Below, piece after piece: positions 37,976 to 50,458 of a stretch of DNA of 62,881 bases. The stretch is taken from positions 43,002,402 through 43,065,282 of the forward strand of contig NC_068993.1 of NCBI RefSeq assembly GCF_001194135.2, read 5' to 3'. The position numbers and the translations under genes are program-made. The notes beneath the pieces were generated by a model. The model saw nothing but the letters and a program-made list of their open reading frames with translations, was not told the DNA's origin and did no database searches. Source of the DNA: Octopus bimaculoides (lineage: Eukaryota). Positions within the stretch are counted from its first letter, which is position 1; the number at the start of each line of letters is the position of its first letter.

Positions 37976-40647
37976 GAGCCTCTGTACAATTTCCGACTAC
38001 ACAATCTTATTCACAAAATATAGAATGATTCGAGACAATAGAAAATCACATTTGCGTTAGTCCCTTCCAGTAGAATTGAATCCAGTGTTCGTGGTTGCGA
38101 AGCAAACTTCTTATCCATTCAGTCATACTGTGCCTATACTAAGAGAAATAAATATATATGAGAGAACGTGGAAAGAAATTTTGTGGTTAATTTCATACGC
38201 TTTCAGTTTATCTATATCGTGGCTCTACAGGTGTAACTACTTTCCCCCTAATGCTTATTTATATTTTATCGACTCCAGAAGTTATGTCGATCCTTTTCTG
38301 AGAGAATAACATAAACCTCTACTTTTATCTACATATCTATAAATGTGACATTAGTTTGCACAAATGAGATGTTCTCTATGCGATCATTAGGCTTGATGAA
38401 ATACCAATGAAATCTCTCTAAAATTATATTATAATGTGTTAAAAGAGGAAGGACATAAAGATGAAATATAGGCCCATAATCTCGATGCATGTATAAATGT
38501 GGTACTGGATTTTACCAAAGAGATGTTCTCAACGCTATCCCTGGACTTGACAAAACTACCAGTCAAATCTTTCTGAAACTATACAGTAACGTCTTAAAAA
38601 CATAAGAACATACACATGGATAATGGAGTTTTATAGACTTTGCTACGGAATAAAATCAAGATTGAATGGTCATAAGACTGCTTACTCTAGTCGATCTCGA
38701 GTGAAACACCAACAAAAACAGATGCTACACTATACAGAATTATTAGCAAATGCAAATTTGTTGAGATACTCTAACAATAGACATTACTCGTTTTGAGGAG
38801 AATTTTCTGTCAATTAAAATCTAAAAATGTTACGTCAAGTATCAAGTAATTTTAAACCTCATAGGAAATGAAGAAGCTATCAATATCTAATTCCACGCAT
38901 TCTCTACAAATACACTTAACCAGATGTGTGTAGAACTGCCTCGGTGGCATGGCCAACATCGTAATGGCCTAAATCTTCTAATGAAATAAAAGAAAATATT
39001 TAAAAAGAAGGTGACAAAATGTCTTCTGTAGTTGGAAATTCCACACCATAATCCATGCAAAAATCGCACCTCCTCTCGATAAGTTTCTGTTATGTGAAAT
39101 TCTGTGGTTATTTCGGTAATTACTCTCATCTTTACTTCCTTCTGGTTCAACTATTAGCAAGAGACAAGCCCAGAAATATTCTGTTCAGACGAACTTGAAA
39201 TACGATAGAAAAAAAATAAAAAATAAAACTCTCGCTTCTAAGATACAGGATGTGGATCATGTTACCCCTATGCTTATATATATATATANNNNNNNNNNNN
39301 NNNNNNNNNNNNNNNNNNNNNNNNNNNNNNNNNNNNNNNNNNNNNNNNNNNNNNNNNNNNNNNNNNNNNNNNNNNNNNNNNNNNNNNNNNNNNNNNNNNN
39401 NNNNNNNNNNNNNNNNNNNNNNNNNNNNNNNNNNNNNNNNNNNNNNNNNNNNNNNNNNNNNNNNNNNNNNNNNNNNNNNNNNNNNNNNNNNNNNNNNNNN
39501 NNNNNNNNNNNNNNNNNNNNNNNNNNNNNNNNNNNNNNNNNNNNNNNNNNNNNNNNNNNNNNNNNNNNNNNNNNNNNNNNNNNNNNNNNNNNNNNNNNNN
39601 NNNNNNNNNNNNNNNNNNNNNNNNNNNNNNNNNNNNNNNNNNNNNNNNNNNNNNNNNNNNNNNNNNNNNNNNNNNNNNNNNNNNNNNNNNNNNNNNNNNN
39701 NNNNNNNNNNNNNNNNNNNNNNNNNNNNNNNNNNNNNNNNNNNNNNNNNNNNNNNNNNNNNNNNNNNNNNNNNNNNNNNNNNNNNNNNNNNNNNNNNNNN
39801 NNNNNNNNNNNNNNNNNNNNNNNNNNNNNNNNNNNNNNNNNNNNNNNNNNNNNNNNNNNNNNNNNNNNNNNNNNNNNNNNNNNNNNNNNNNNNNNNNNNN
39901 NNNNNNNNNNNNNNNNNNNNNNNNNNNNNNNNNNNNNNNNNNNNNNNNNNNNNNNNNNNNNNNNNNNNNNNNNNNNNNNNNNNNNNNNNNNNNNNNNNNN
40001 NNNNNNNNNNNNNNNNNNNNNNNNNNNNNNNNNNNNNNNNNNNNNNNNNNNNNNNNNNNNNNNNNNNNNNNNNNNNNNNNNNNNNNNNNNNNNNNNNNNN
40101 NNNNNNNNNNNNNNNNNNNNNNNNNNNNNNNNNNNNNNNNNNNNNNNNNNNNNNNNNNNNNNNNNNNNNNNNNNNNNATATATATATATATATATATATA
40201 ATAACGTAAATAATATATAAATATATGCATATATCCATACATATATGTACATACCTACATCTATATGTATACATACATGCATATATGGGTACAGGACATC
40301 ACAAAAAACGTTAAACAATGAGAAACAAAAACATAAAGATGAAGACAGAAAACGAACTTTTTTTCGAACAACGAGACATGATGTCATAAAGGAATTAGAA
40401 CCAACGGAGAGCAACATAAAGAATATTTCCCTTCTTCAGTTGTCCCTGTTCCATCTAAATACGCGACTTCGTTGGAACAGTCCTTCCCGCAAAACAAATT
40501 AAATAAAATTTGGAATTTTTTGCGGAGGATGAAAGTGTAAACAAGAACAGGACAGTGAGAACAAGACAGTAAAAATCAAGACACAACGGTGAAAACAAAC
40601 AATATATACATACATTCATACATACATACATACATGTGTGTGTGTAC

Positions 40648-40678
<31 letters not shown>

Positions 40679-42466
40679 GTGTATATATATCATACATGTA
40701 TATCTATATACATTTTGTAGATAGTCATAAACTTTCATCGTATATTGACAATAAAAGAAAGTCTAATTATAAACACACATAGTGGGAAAAAATAGGCATT
40801 CGTACACGTGCGAAAAAAAGAGGTATGTGTTCGATTCCCACTCTCACTAATGTTCATTTTATCCCGTTATGTGGGTTTAACATTATAAAGCTTATAATTC
40901 TATTTACAAAATTTTCACTCGCCACCGTTTTCTAATTCATGTGTGTATATGTCTGTGTAAATGTGCGTGAAGCTTTAATTGTACGAGTCTATTTTGATAG
41001 AGATGTGTTACACTTAATTTTAAGTGAACTTCTAATTAACTATGCTTTCTTTTAATTAATGTTGATACTTCATAATAGTTTTCAAAATCGCGAGATATTC
41101 ACAGACAATAAATTAGAACTTGTCTTATATAGAATTGCTTCATATAATTGGGGATATATTTATGGTTTTTACAGCATCAATTTTGGAGTGTGTACTTCAA
41201 AAAGTGTGTATGTAAGTGTTAGTGTATGCCTGAATGTAAATTTCCAATCCATTAGCTGGTGTTATAGTATAGTATATGTCCTGTTCAGAAGTGTTAGAGG
41301 CGCTGATTAAGATAACAGAAACTGTGTACCTCATCCTTTGATCCTGAGAGGAATTCTGTCAATCGTTTATTCCTAACGTGATTATAAGCATGAGGGATCA
41401 ATAACTAGTCTGAAGCAATTATACCACACAAATACAAGATTGAAATCTACTGTTATATACCCATATTGCTTAACACGTGGTTTGTACATTTATGGTATAA
41501 ATATTTCTTTTTAAATTGTTTAAAGAATGCGAGATGTTTGGCAAAATATATAAAGTGACGCTAACAAATAAAAACTAATAGAAGTTATTGAAGTGGTCAT
41601 ATTGTGACACATAGACTGTTATATGCTTCTATATTATTTCGGGAAATATTCTCCTTATCAAATATAAGAAAAAATAATCATGCAAGGGTTCGGAGAAATG
41701 TTTTATTATTGGTAGGCTATTTTGGTGCATTGTGTACTTTTATATCATTTATTTACTTAATTAACAGATTTGCTCCATAAACTTATAAAATTGAATTAAA
41801 CCATCTATGGATTATATCTATTTCTCCTCCCTCTACCACCAACACTCTCTCTCTCCCTTTCTATCTTGCTTATTTCTGACTTTTACTTCTTTTTCTCCCT
41901 ACCAACATCGCCGTTATTCTCGCTTACTGCTACCACTATAGCTACATTACAGTTGATGTTGCATACGATAATAATTTCACCATTTTAATTACTTCAAAAC
42001 AGAACAAATCAAGTATCAACTCTACTATTGAATATATCTTCCACGTTTGTCGCTTCAACTCTCTAACCGTGAGAAAACAGCTGGTGAATTCTCAAAAGAA
42101 TGGATGTTATCAATTTAGAGTTCTAGATAATATTTTTGTCAGACTATTTAGAAATATACGAACAAAAAGTATCTCCTAGAAATGTTTCAATTTGAAATTA
42201 TCAATTAATGTCGTCACCATCAACGATATTTCCTCCTACAATAAACCAGATGTTTTTTAAAATATGTTTAAAAGAAAAAAAAACACTGCAGATTAATGTT
42301 CTTTCCCGCTTATATTTTCTCTCGTTAAAGTCAATAAATTTTGAGCATTGTTACATAGTTCTAATTCCAACTACTTCGATTTCCTCTATAAATCCTAAGA
42401 AAATATTCTCATGAGATAATATTAGTAGTAGTAGTAGTAGTAGTAGTAGCAGTAGTAGTAGTATTG

Positions 42467-42683
42467 AAGGCGTCGAGCTGGCAGAATCGTTAGCACGCTG
42501 GACTAAATGCTTAAGCGGTATTTCGCCCATCGCTACGTTCTGAGATCAAATTCCACCGAGATCGACTTTAATTTTCATCCCGTCGGCGTCGATAAATTAA
42601 GTACCAGTTACGCACTGAGGTCCATGTAATCGACTTATCTCATCCCCCAAAATTTCAGGTCTTATACATTTAGTTAAAAGGAT
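42467..42683 (+). mobile_element. SINE family A full-length copy
   Basis: AAGGCGTCGAGCTGGCAGAATCGTTAGCACGCTGG...GATAAATTAAGTACCAG...CCCCAAAATTTCAGGTCTT. Confidence 0.92.
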
Positions 42684-42706
42684 TATTATTATTATCATCA
42701 TCATCA

Positions 42707-42741
<35 letters not shown>

Positions 42742-42742
42742 G

Positions 42743-42943
42743 AAGGCGGCGAGCTGGCTGAATCGTTAGCACGCTGGACGAAACGCTTAGCGTCGCTACG
42801 TCCTGAGTTCAAATTCCGCCGAGGTCAATTTTGCCTTTCATCCTTTCGGGGTTGATAAATTAAGTAGCAGTAGATCACTGGAGTCCATGTAATCGACTTA
42901 CCCCTCCCCTAAAATTGCTGGCCTTGTGCCAAAATTTGAAACC
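42743..42943 (+). mobile_element. SINE family A full-length copy in tandem, different tail
   Basis: AAGGCGGCGAGCTGGCTGAATCG...TAAAATTGCTGGCCTTGTGCCAAAATTTGAAACC followed by (ATT)n. Confidence 0.92.
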
Positions 42944-43530
42944 ATTATTATTATTATNNNNNNNNNNNNNNNNNNNNNNNNNNNNNNNNNNNNNNNNNNN
43001 NNNNNNNNNNNNNNNNNNNNNNNNNNNNNNNNNNNNNNNNNNNNNNNNNNNNNNNNNNNNNNNNNNNNNNNNNNNNNNNNNNNNNNNNNNNNNNNNNNNN
43101 NNNNNNNNNNNNNNNNNNNNNNNNNNNNNNNNNNNNNNNNNNNNNNNNNNNNNNNNNNNNNNNNNNNNNNNNNNNNNNNNNNNNNNNNNNNNNNNNNNNN
43201 NNNNNNNNNNNNNNNNNNNNNNNNNNNNNNNNNNNNNNNNNNNNNNNNNNNNNNNNNNNNNNNNNNNNNNNNNNNNNNNNNNNNNNNNNNNNNNNNNNNN
43301 NNNNNNNNNNNNNNNNNNNNNNNNNNNNNNNNNNNNNNNNNNNNNNNNNNNNNNNNNNNNNNNNNNNNNNNNNNNNNNNNNNNNNNNNNNNNNNNNNNNN
43401 NNNNNNNNNNNNNNNNNNNNNNNNNNNNNNNNNNNNNNNNNNNNNNNNNNNNNNNNNNNNNNNNNNNNNNNNNNNNNNNNNNNNNNNNNNNNNNNNNNNN
43501 NNNNNNNNNNNNNNNNNNNNNNNNNNNNNN

Positions 43531-43593
<63 letters not shown>

Positions 43594-44760
43594 CATACAC
43601 CCACACACACCCACACACATACAAACACACGCACATGTACATATATATAATGTTGAATTTTTCTTTTTCGCTCTTTTCACAAATTTTCTGTGATGTCATT
43701 TATATTCCGTGGATTTTATGGAAATTGCTATTGCCAAGATAACATTCATGAGAATATGTTGATTCACTTAATCTATGGCAACGTAAATAAAAAGTAAAGT
43801 AAATACCATTAAGTGATAAAAATATAGCTGGAATAAAATAATACAGAAAAAATACACAGAAATAACATTAAAGCAAGAATTAGATTTTAATGAGATATTT
43901 TAATAATTTACACATTCGTTCTGCTTGCTCTGTTTTCTTATTCGCTTTCTTCTTCGGGAAAATCATTGTGCGAATGAATTTGTTTTGAAAACTATAATTT
44001 ATTTTAACATTCCCTCACATATGCTTAATTGTTTCTGACTTCCAAATATACATAATAAACGTTGTCTCATTATATTTAATATTTCACTGATCAACCTTTT
44101 CAAGTTTTTAATGAATTCTCACACGATATAAAATCTGCTTCTAATTTTCAGTTTCAGTCAAAGACTACTAGTTAATGTAGAAAGATATTAGTCACAAGTT
44201 AAAATATATTTAGAATGTACATCAGTAAGGTTAATGTTCTCAATCTAAAGAATCTATAAACGATTGGTTAAATTTATAAATGTAATACTGAGTCTATAAT
44301 ATTTAATACCACCGGATCTGCTTTCATTTGATCTCAGCAGCTAGTTTAGTAAAATCTCTTACTGGGATTCTGATATTAATACATGCCCTGCCCTTCATTC
44401 ATAGTCTAAATTCACTACATTCTATTACCAAAAAGTTATTGTGTGTCATGATACTTTACTCATTAATAACAAAGAACTAGATCATTTTCGTTTAAGGAAA
44501 TGTGGCGGTGTCGCTGAACTTTTAAGCCACCCAGCTGGAAGTCACAATAACTGGGAAACCTGCTTGGTGATTGAATGGAATTATTTGCAACTAACAAATA
44601 GACGAGAAAATGTATAGCGTCGTGATTTCCCACACAGTTTCATTACTAGGTAGGAAAGATATTATATTGGATAAGATAAAACATAAGTTTGAGTGACAAG
44701 AAGAGAAAAAGATGAGGGAATCGAATGAGTTTAGATGCGGATTATATTATAATGCAACAC

Positions 44761-44950
44761 ACTGACCTAGTGGTCAGGGTGTTGCATTCACGATCAAAAG
44801 ATCGAGTGCACGTTATGTTCTTCTGCAAAACACTTCGATTCACGTTGATTTGCGATCACTTCAACATCTGACATGTTGCACACTCGTGTAGCTGTACAAC
44901 CAATGTGGATTTGATGGAGGGAGTAAGCTCCTGTTACAGCGTCCGTTTAG
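44761..44950 (+). mobile_element. Diverged SINE family C
   Basis: GACCTAGTGGTCAGGGTGTTGCATTCACGATC...GTTATGTTCTTCTGCAAAACACTTC. Confidence 0.65.
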
Positions 44951-45547
44951 GTTGCTCGGCAAAATGCTGCAGAACCTTCAGCTGTCATTACGATAGGAAG
45001 GAATGCACCTATTTTTTTAACAAGCTTACAAGACATTAAGTTCTGGTGGCTAAAAGGGGCCGTACTTGAATACATCTTGGTGGACCAGTGATTATAGTGA
45101 GTGAGTGAGACTTATGATGCATACAAATGACTTTAGCAGTTCAAATTTGTGTGAGTGAAACATACGCTACTGTCATCCTAACAGTTGTTCTTAAATTTTT
45201 TCTTCTGCCGATTCACTTTGTAGTCGAACTCTTCTGCTAGTCATAGTACGCGTCATAGAAAAAGCTCAAGAAGCAGCGGTGCATCTAGCGTTCTCGCTAG
45301 CCGCAGCTGTGGCGATTTTTCGTCTCTCTCTATGATTTTTGTTGTGTTTTAACATGACATGTCCATAAGAGATGTTATCTCAGAGCTAATATCTATCGAT
45401 TATATATATATATATATATATAATATATATATCTTATACCTTTTAGCTTTCACTTGTTTTAGTCACTTGACTGCTGGAGCACTGCTCTGAAGAATTCATA
45501 GTTGAATCTGTCGACACCACGTCTTATAAGCTTGGTATAGTCCAGTG

Positions 45548-45690
45548 AAGTGAGAACCCAGGTTCGAGATTTCCCCCAGGACACCTGATGAAGACTGGAG
45601 AGTACATCAGCCGAAAAGTTATGTTAACAACAAACAAGATGAGGACAAATATCCGTCAAACGTAACTAATGTAAATAATGTATATTATAT
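45548..45690 (+). mobile_element. Solo Penelope-like terminal (pLTR) fragment
   Basis: GAGAACCCAGGTTCGAGATTTCCCCCAGGACACCTGATGAAG...ACAAGATGAGGACAAATATCCGTCAAA is the reverse complement, with substitutions, of 48105-48221. Confidence 0.85.
45580..45625 (+). ncRNA. Minimal type-I hammerhead ribozyme motif (slightly degenerate)
   Basis: GACAC-CTGATGA-A-GACTG-gagagtacat-CAGCC-GAAA-AGT-T-ATGTT: intact CUGAUGA and GAAA cores, stem II 4/5, stem I partial, short stem III. Confidence 0.7.
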
Positions 45691-45978
45691 GCATATATAC
45701 GACGGGCTTCTTTCAGTTTCAGTCTACCAAACTCACCCGCAAGGCTTTGGTCGGCCCGAGGCTATAGTAGATGACACTTGTTTAAGATGCCAAGCAGTGG
45801 GACTGAACCCGGAACCATGGGTTTGGGAAGCAAGCTTCTGACCACACAGCCATATTACGTAGGCTACATAAATGTGTATTTTAATTTAATACTGCCTCAA
45901 TTGCCTATACCGAAATTTTTTTTTTTGTATTTTATTTGCGGTATAACCAAAAATATAGACTGACTATTAATTGTTTGT

Positions 45979-46372
<394 letters not shown>

Positions 46373-46700
46373 TCTCTACACGTGTTTTTAAAATACGTAG
46401 GGTATAAAAGAGAGTACAGATACAAGATTGTCCAGCCACAATATGACATCAAACATAATGGAGAAATAAATAATATGTATTTGGATGTTGTCAGACGTTG
46501 TTATCGTACAGATGTTCAATGTTTCGATGCCAGAAGCAAAGATACACAAAAACAAAGATCATTAAACAACTAATGACTGTTCAGAAAAGGCAAATATTCA
46601 ACCATGCAGACAATATCAAAATACATAGCGATAGACAACAATGGTTGGCGAAGTTAGAGACTGAGGTCGTTGAAAGTGATTGTTTAGTGGCGCTGTAAAG

Positions 46701-46715
46701 ATAGTAGTAGTAGTG

Positions 46716-46791
<76 letters not shown>
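46701..46791. repeat. (TAG)n microsatellite
   Basis: Direct reading. Confidence 0.95.
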
Positions 46792-46792
<1 letters not shown>

Positions 46793-46959
46793 TTCGTTGT
46801 ACAAGTGTTTCAAACCCTCCCACCAGAAACCGACAAAAGCACGTAATAAAGCTGAATACAATGTGTAACTGCAGAATATCAGGATATGTAAGGTTTTGCT
46901 AAAAATTATAAACCCCATTGCTTCTAGTTCCCTCAGTCTTAGCCAAGAAAGAAAGCATC

Positions 46960-47420
46960 TATAACAGCGTGGTGGCTTTCACCCACTGGAAGTGTGATCG
47001 GAATTATAAAGTGCCAGTAGAAAAGAAGTGATATAAACGTACACCAGAACAATTTTCAAAGATAATGGCGAAATTACAATAAACTTAGGAATCCCAATTC
47101 GCTCAGACCGGAATATGAAGGACAATCGGCCAGATATTGTTCTCAAAGATAACCAGGAAATGCAGCATACCTTTTTCGAGGTATCGCTCTCAATCAACAG
47201 TCGATAATATATTTCTAAATGAAGAGATTAACCACATATAAAGATTTGAAAGTAGAGATAACTAGTTTATGGTGACTTAAGAGGAACAAATGCCTCAGAA
47301 AGGATTTTAAGGCATGTAGAAATACATAAAGCTAAAAACCTAGAACTTCCAAATATGTGCAACATATAGAAAATGGTACTAGTGTGGAATACATACATTT
47401 TATTTAAAGTGCCTGCAATG
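46960..47420 (+). mobile_element. Decayed R4/Dong 3' fragment (restriction-like endonuclease region)
   Basis: HWKCDRNYKVPVEKK*YKRTPE, PIRSDRNMKDNRPDIVLKD, YKDLKVEITSLW. Confidence 0.75.
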
Positions 47421-47559
47421 CAGTAGATACAGTGAATATTGTCTGGGTGACTGAGTGGAGTATCATCTTAATCCAAAGAACTAAAGAAACAGCAAAGTCT
47501 CGAAATTACAGATTCTTGACCCATATTTCTATTATTTACAAAGCCACTACTATGATATT

Positions 47560-48040
47560 ATTGCAGATGATAAGTAAACATTGGAGAAAAACGATTTAAT
47601 TTCACAAGAGCAGAAGAGGTGCTGTAAAGACACATATGTCTGATCAATACATTCTATATAAGAAGAAAAATATTCTAAGGATACCACTTTTCTATTCCTT
47701 TTTGTCTATCTGGTGTTAATACCTTTAAGCAAAATGTTACAGCAGGAGGCTCACACAGATACAAATGTACAAACCCATGCATTTAAACAACTTCTAGTTG
47801 AATTACTTAGTAACGTAGCGACATTAAGTAGACGAATTTACTATAATAATTTATGAGATAGGTTTGAGCCTTCAAAGGAAGAGGATTAATTAATAACCGT
47901 AATATTATGTTGGATAAAGAAATACAGATACAAGAATTAGATCGAAGAAAGACATACAATCAGGAATCAATGAATTACACAGTTCCCAACGTACATAAAT
48001 GAAAGAGAAGACGAGATTAATATTTAACAGAGTTGTATAC
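47560..48040 (+). mobile_element. Decayed R4/Dong RT fragment
   Basis: KHWRK..LISQEQKRCCKDTY and IQELDRRKTY-like pieces, parallel to the 35765-37340 element. Confidence 0.5.
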
Positions 48041-48149
48041 GAAAAATAAGAATTATTCATTAGCATATTACAGTTCTATATTTAAGAGATGAGGAATTAT
48101 GTACATTATTTACATTTGACGGATATTTGTGTTCATCTTGTTCGTTAGT

Positions 48150-48192
48150 AAGACATTTCGGCTGATATACTCTCCAACCTTCATCAGGTGTC
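48150..48192 (-). ncRNA. Hammerhead ribozyme motif in Penelope tail (cleavage triplet deleted in this copy)
   Basis: Minus GACAC-CTGATGA-A-GGTTG-gagagtatat-CAGCC-GAAA-TGTCTT; stem II GGUUG/CAGCC; lacks the CGU-H segment seen (as AGT-T) in the 45580 copy. Confidence 0.65.
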
Positions 48193-48282
48193 TTGGGGAA
48201 AATTTCGAACCTGGGTTCTCATTCCTAAGGTATTTTTCGATGTTGTTGTTGTTATTATTATTATTATTATTATTCAGGTCAT

Positions 48283-48350
48283 TGCTTGGAATCGAACTCG
48301 GTATCTTGGGGTTAGTAGCCCGCGCTCTTAACCACTATACCATAAGCCCG
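48283..48350 (-). promoter_or_regulatory. tRNA-like Pol III cassette (box A/box B) inside the Penelope 3' region
   Basis: Minus TGGTATAGTGG (48342-48332), GGG-CTACTAA-CCC anticodon-like arm, GAGTTCGATTCC (48299-48288). Confidence 0.7.
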
Positions 48351-49199
48351 TGGGCAATCATGGAGTGAATTTTAGGGCTTATAAATTTATTATTTTCCTA
48401 TCCTTCCTTAATACCGGTCCCCATATTTGCACTCGATCTGCTTAGGAGGTTGTTGTGTCCTAGCATATGTGCTGCCTCTTTTAGTTTTCGTATTTTCCAG
48501 TGATGTTCTCTGTCTATTATTTTAACTTCAACGCACAGGAGAAGGTGGTTTTTCCATACATGATTAGCTATACCTGATTTATTAATATCTCCTCGTGTCA
48601 CAGCTTTGCGATGTTCGTCTACCCTTATTTTGAGGGGCGGCATGTTTCGCCTTTGTATAACCTACCACAGATGCATGGGATGGAGTACACGCAGTTCTTA
48701 GTCATATTCTCTTCTATTGGTGGTTTTACTCGAAGGAGATATTTGCGAAGTGTTGTATTGCTCTTGAATACTGCCCTGATGTCATATGGGCCGCATATCT
48801 TTTGTATCTTTTCCGAGAGACCTTTCACATATAGTAGACAGACTGTGTACAGTTTATTGATTTCATCCTCTCTTTTCTTCATAATTGGAGTGGACAGCAT
48901 GTTTTTCGGGTTGTTGTTGCTTAATAGATTGTTATTGAGCCTGATCAGAACGAATAGACTCGGAACAAGTATTGTAATATGTTTTGTCCACCCCTCTAAC
49001 GACTCTGCTGATTTTAGCTGTCATAATAATATAAAAAACTATCTTGAGATAAATGTAAACAGAAATAACAAAAATAAAATTATGTTAAAAATTACAGGTA
49101 TTATGTCTCACTTCTGTGAGGCTTCCAAGAGGCTCTTCGTTGAAGTTTACATATAAAGTAATATTCTTTTCAGTTGTACTTGGCCCAAAAAATCAAAAA

Positions 49200-49670
49200 T
49201 TTGTGAAGCAAAGTGAATACAAGCTACTTACAACAACACTCCGTAATAACGGAATGATAAAAACCACAAGCCTGATATCGCTATCACATACAGAAAAGAC
49301 AGATTATGTATATTTATCGATATTGCAATGCCTTTCGAAAGAAACACCTCTATAAAAGTCACAGGGGAAACTGCCTAAGTTCAAAGACCTGAAGATTGCA
49401 ATTGGAAGCATCTGGAATATGAAGATAGAAATAATACAAGTGGTCGTTTAATCACTAGAACTCATGAAGAAGGAAATAGAAAAGTTCACCAACCCTATCC
49501 TGGATAACATCAATATTTATGTAGTCCAGAAGATGTCACTATTTGGAACAGTTCACGTACAACGGAGGCAACTACCAATCAAGTGTTATCTTCTCTATAG
49601 TAGCTTAGTCCCATTGTTTAGACCGAGCTCTACAAGACATAATTTATGAACTACAAAAGTAGCAACAAAA
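49200..49670 (+). mobile_element. Decayed R4/Dong 3' end (RLE domain)
   Basis: NHKPDIAITYRKDRLCIFIDIAMP; KFKDLKIAIGSIWNMKIEII; IYVVQKMSLFGTVHV. Confidence 0.75.
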
Positions 49671-49715
49671 AATATCAATAATGAGGATTATGATGATCAT
49701 GATGATGATAATAAT

Positions 49716-50240
49716 GCCCTAATGCAAGTGGCTATCATGGCTTCTGATCTTAACTGATTGGAAGTGTTACATGTACGTTTTGGCTTGGTATAAATATTGG
49801 GCTACAAAAAACATTCTGCTCAATACCGCAGATTTGCTTGTCCGTTGCTTGACCTTAACCAGTTGAGCATGTCCTTGAGTGGGTGACGATATGTGCATTT
49901 CTGATCACGAGCAGGAGTAGTAGGCGAACATCGTAGCCATGTGCTGAGAAGGATTCTTTAGAGTTTATATAATTCACTCCTGGAAACATGTGTGTTTCAT
50001 TCATCATCCTTAAACAACCCTCATTCAGGGGCTTTTTGAGTAGGATGAGCTACTCAACCTGATCAAAATTCTAACTGGGCCCCACCTGCAAAGTCTTGCG
50101 CCCGTTTATTTTGATATCAGCTCACTACATCATGCACATGCCTGGTGTACTTTTATTACACGGGAAGTCATGATGAGTATATTGGCCTTCTTATATTGGT
50201 ACTCCAGCGTCACTTTGGTAGTGTATGCGATTCTTTCACT
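49716..50240. mobile_element. Unclassified ~525-bp interspersed repeat bounded by (TAA)/(TGA)-type tracts
   Basis: A second ~35-bp remnant (ATTCTGCTCAATA.C.CAGATTTGCT.GTC) at 57966-58000 matches 49811-49842; no long ORF, no tRNA boxes, no TIR seen. Confidence 0.55.
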
Positions 50241-50360
50241 TAATGATAATAATAATTTGCGGGAAAGGCCCTATGTGTGAGACCTCTGACTACAGGTTGC
50301 TGTCCGCTCTCAAAAAATCAACCAGAGCAAGTAAGACCGAAAGCTCTGAGAAGTGAAATA

Positions 50361-50392
50361 TAATAATAATAATAATAATAGTAATAATAATG

Positions 50393-50458
<66 letters not shown>

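Larger units (their letters stand above)
45430..45852 (-). mobile_element. SINE family B (head 45852-45705, tail 45540-45430) interrupted by a Penelope tail fragment
   Basis: Minus head GGCTGTGTGGTCAGAAGCTTGC...GGTTCCGGGTTCAGTCCCACTGC...GAAACTGAAAGAAGCCCGTCG; tail GCTCCAGCAGTCAAGTGACTAAAACAAGTGAAAG. Confidence 0.8.
48090..49020 (-). mobile_element. Penelope-like element (Poseidon/Neptune type) 3' portion: RT linker, GIY-YIG endonuclease, terminal region
   Basis: ORFs 48625-48900 and 48398-48643: LYVKGLSEKIQKIC..YDIRAVFKSNTTLRKYL...KNCVYSIPCICGRLYKGETCRP / LKIRVDEHRK...SGIANHVW...KIIDREHHWKIRKLKEAAHM. Confidence 0.93.

Noticed and set aside
40370-40420. DVIKELEPTES-encoding piece identical to Dong RT at ~36775-36800
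   Set aside because: Real but only ~40 bp; treated as a stray Dong fragment of no further interest.
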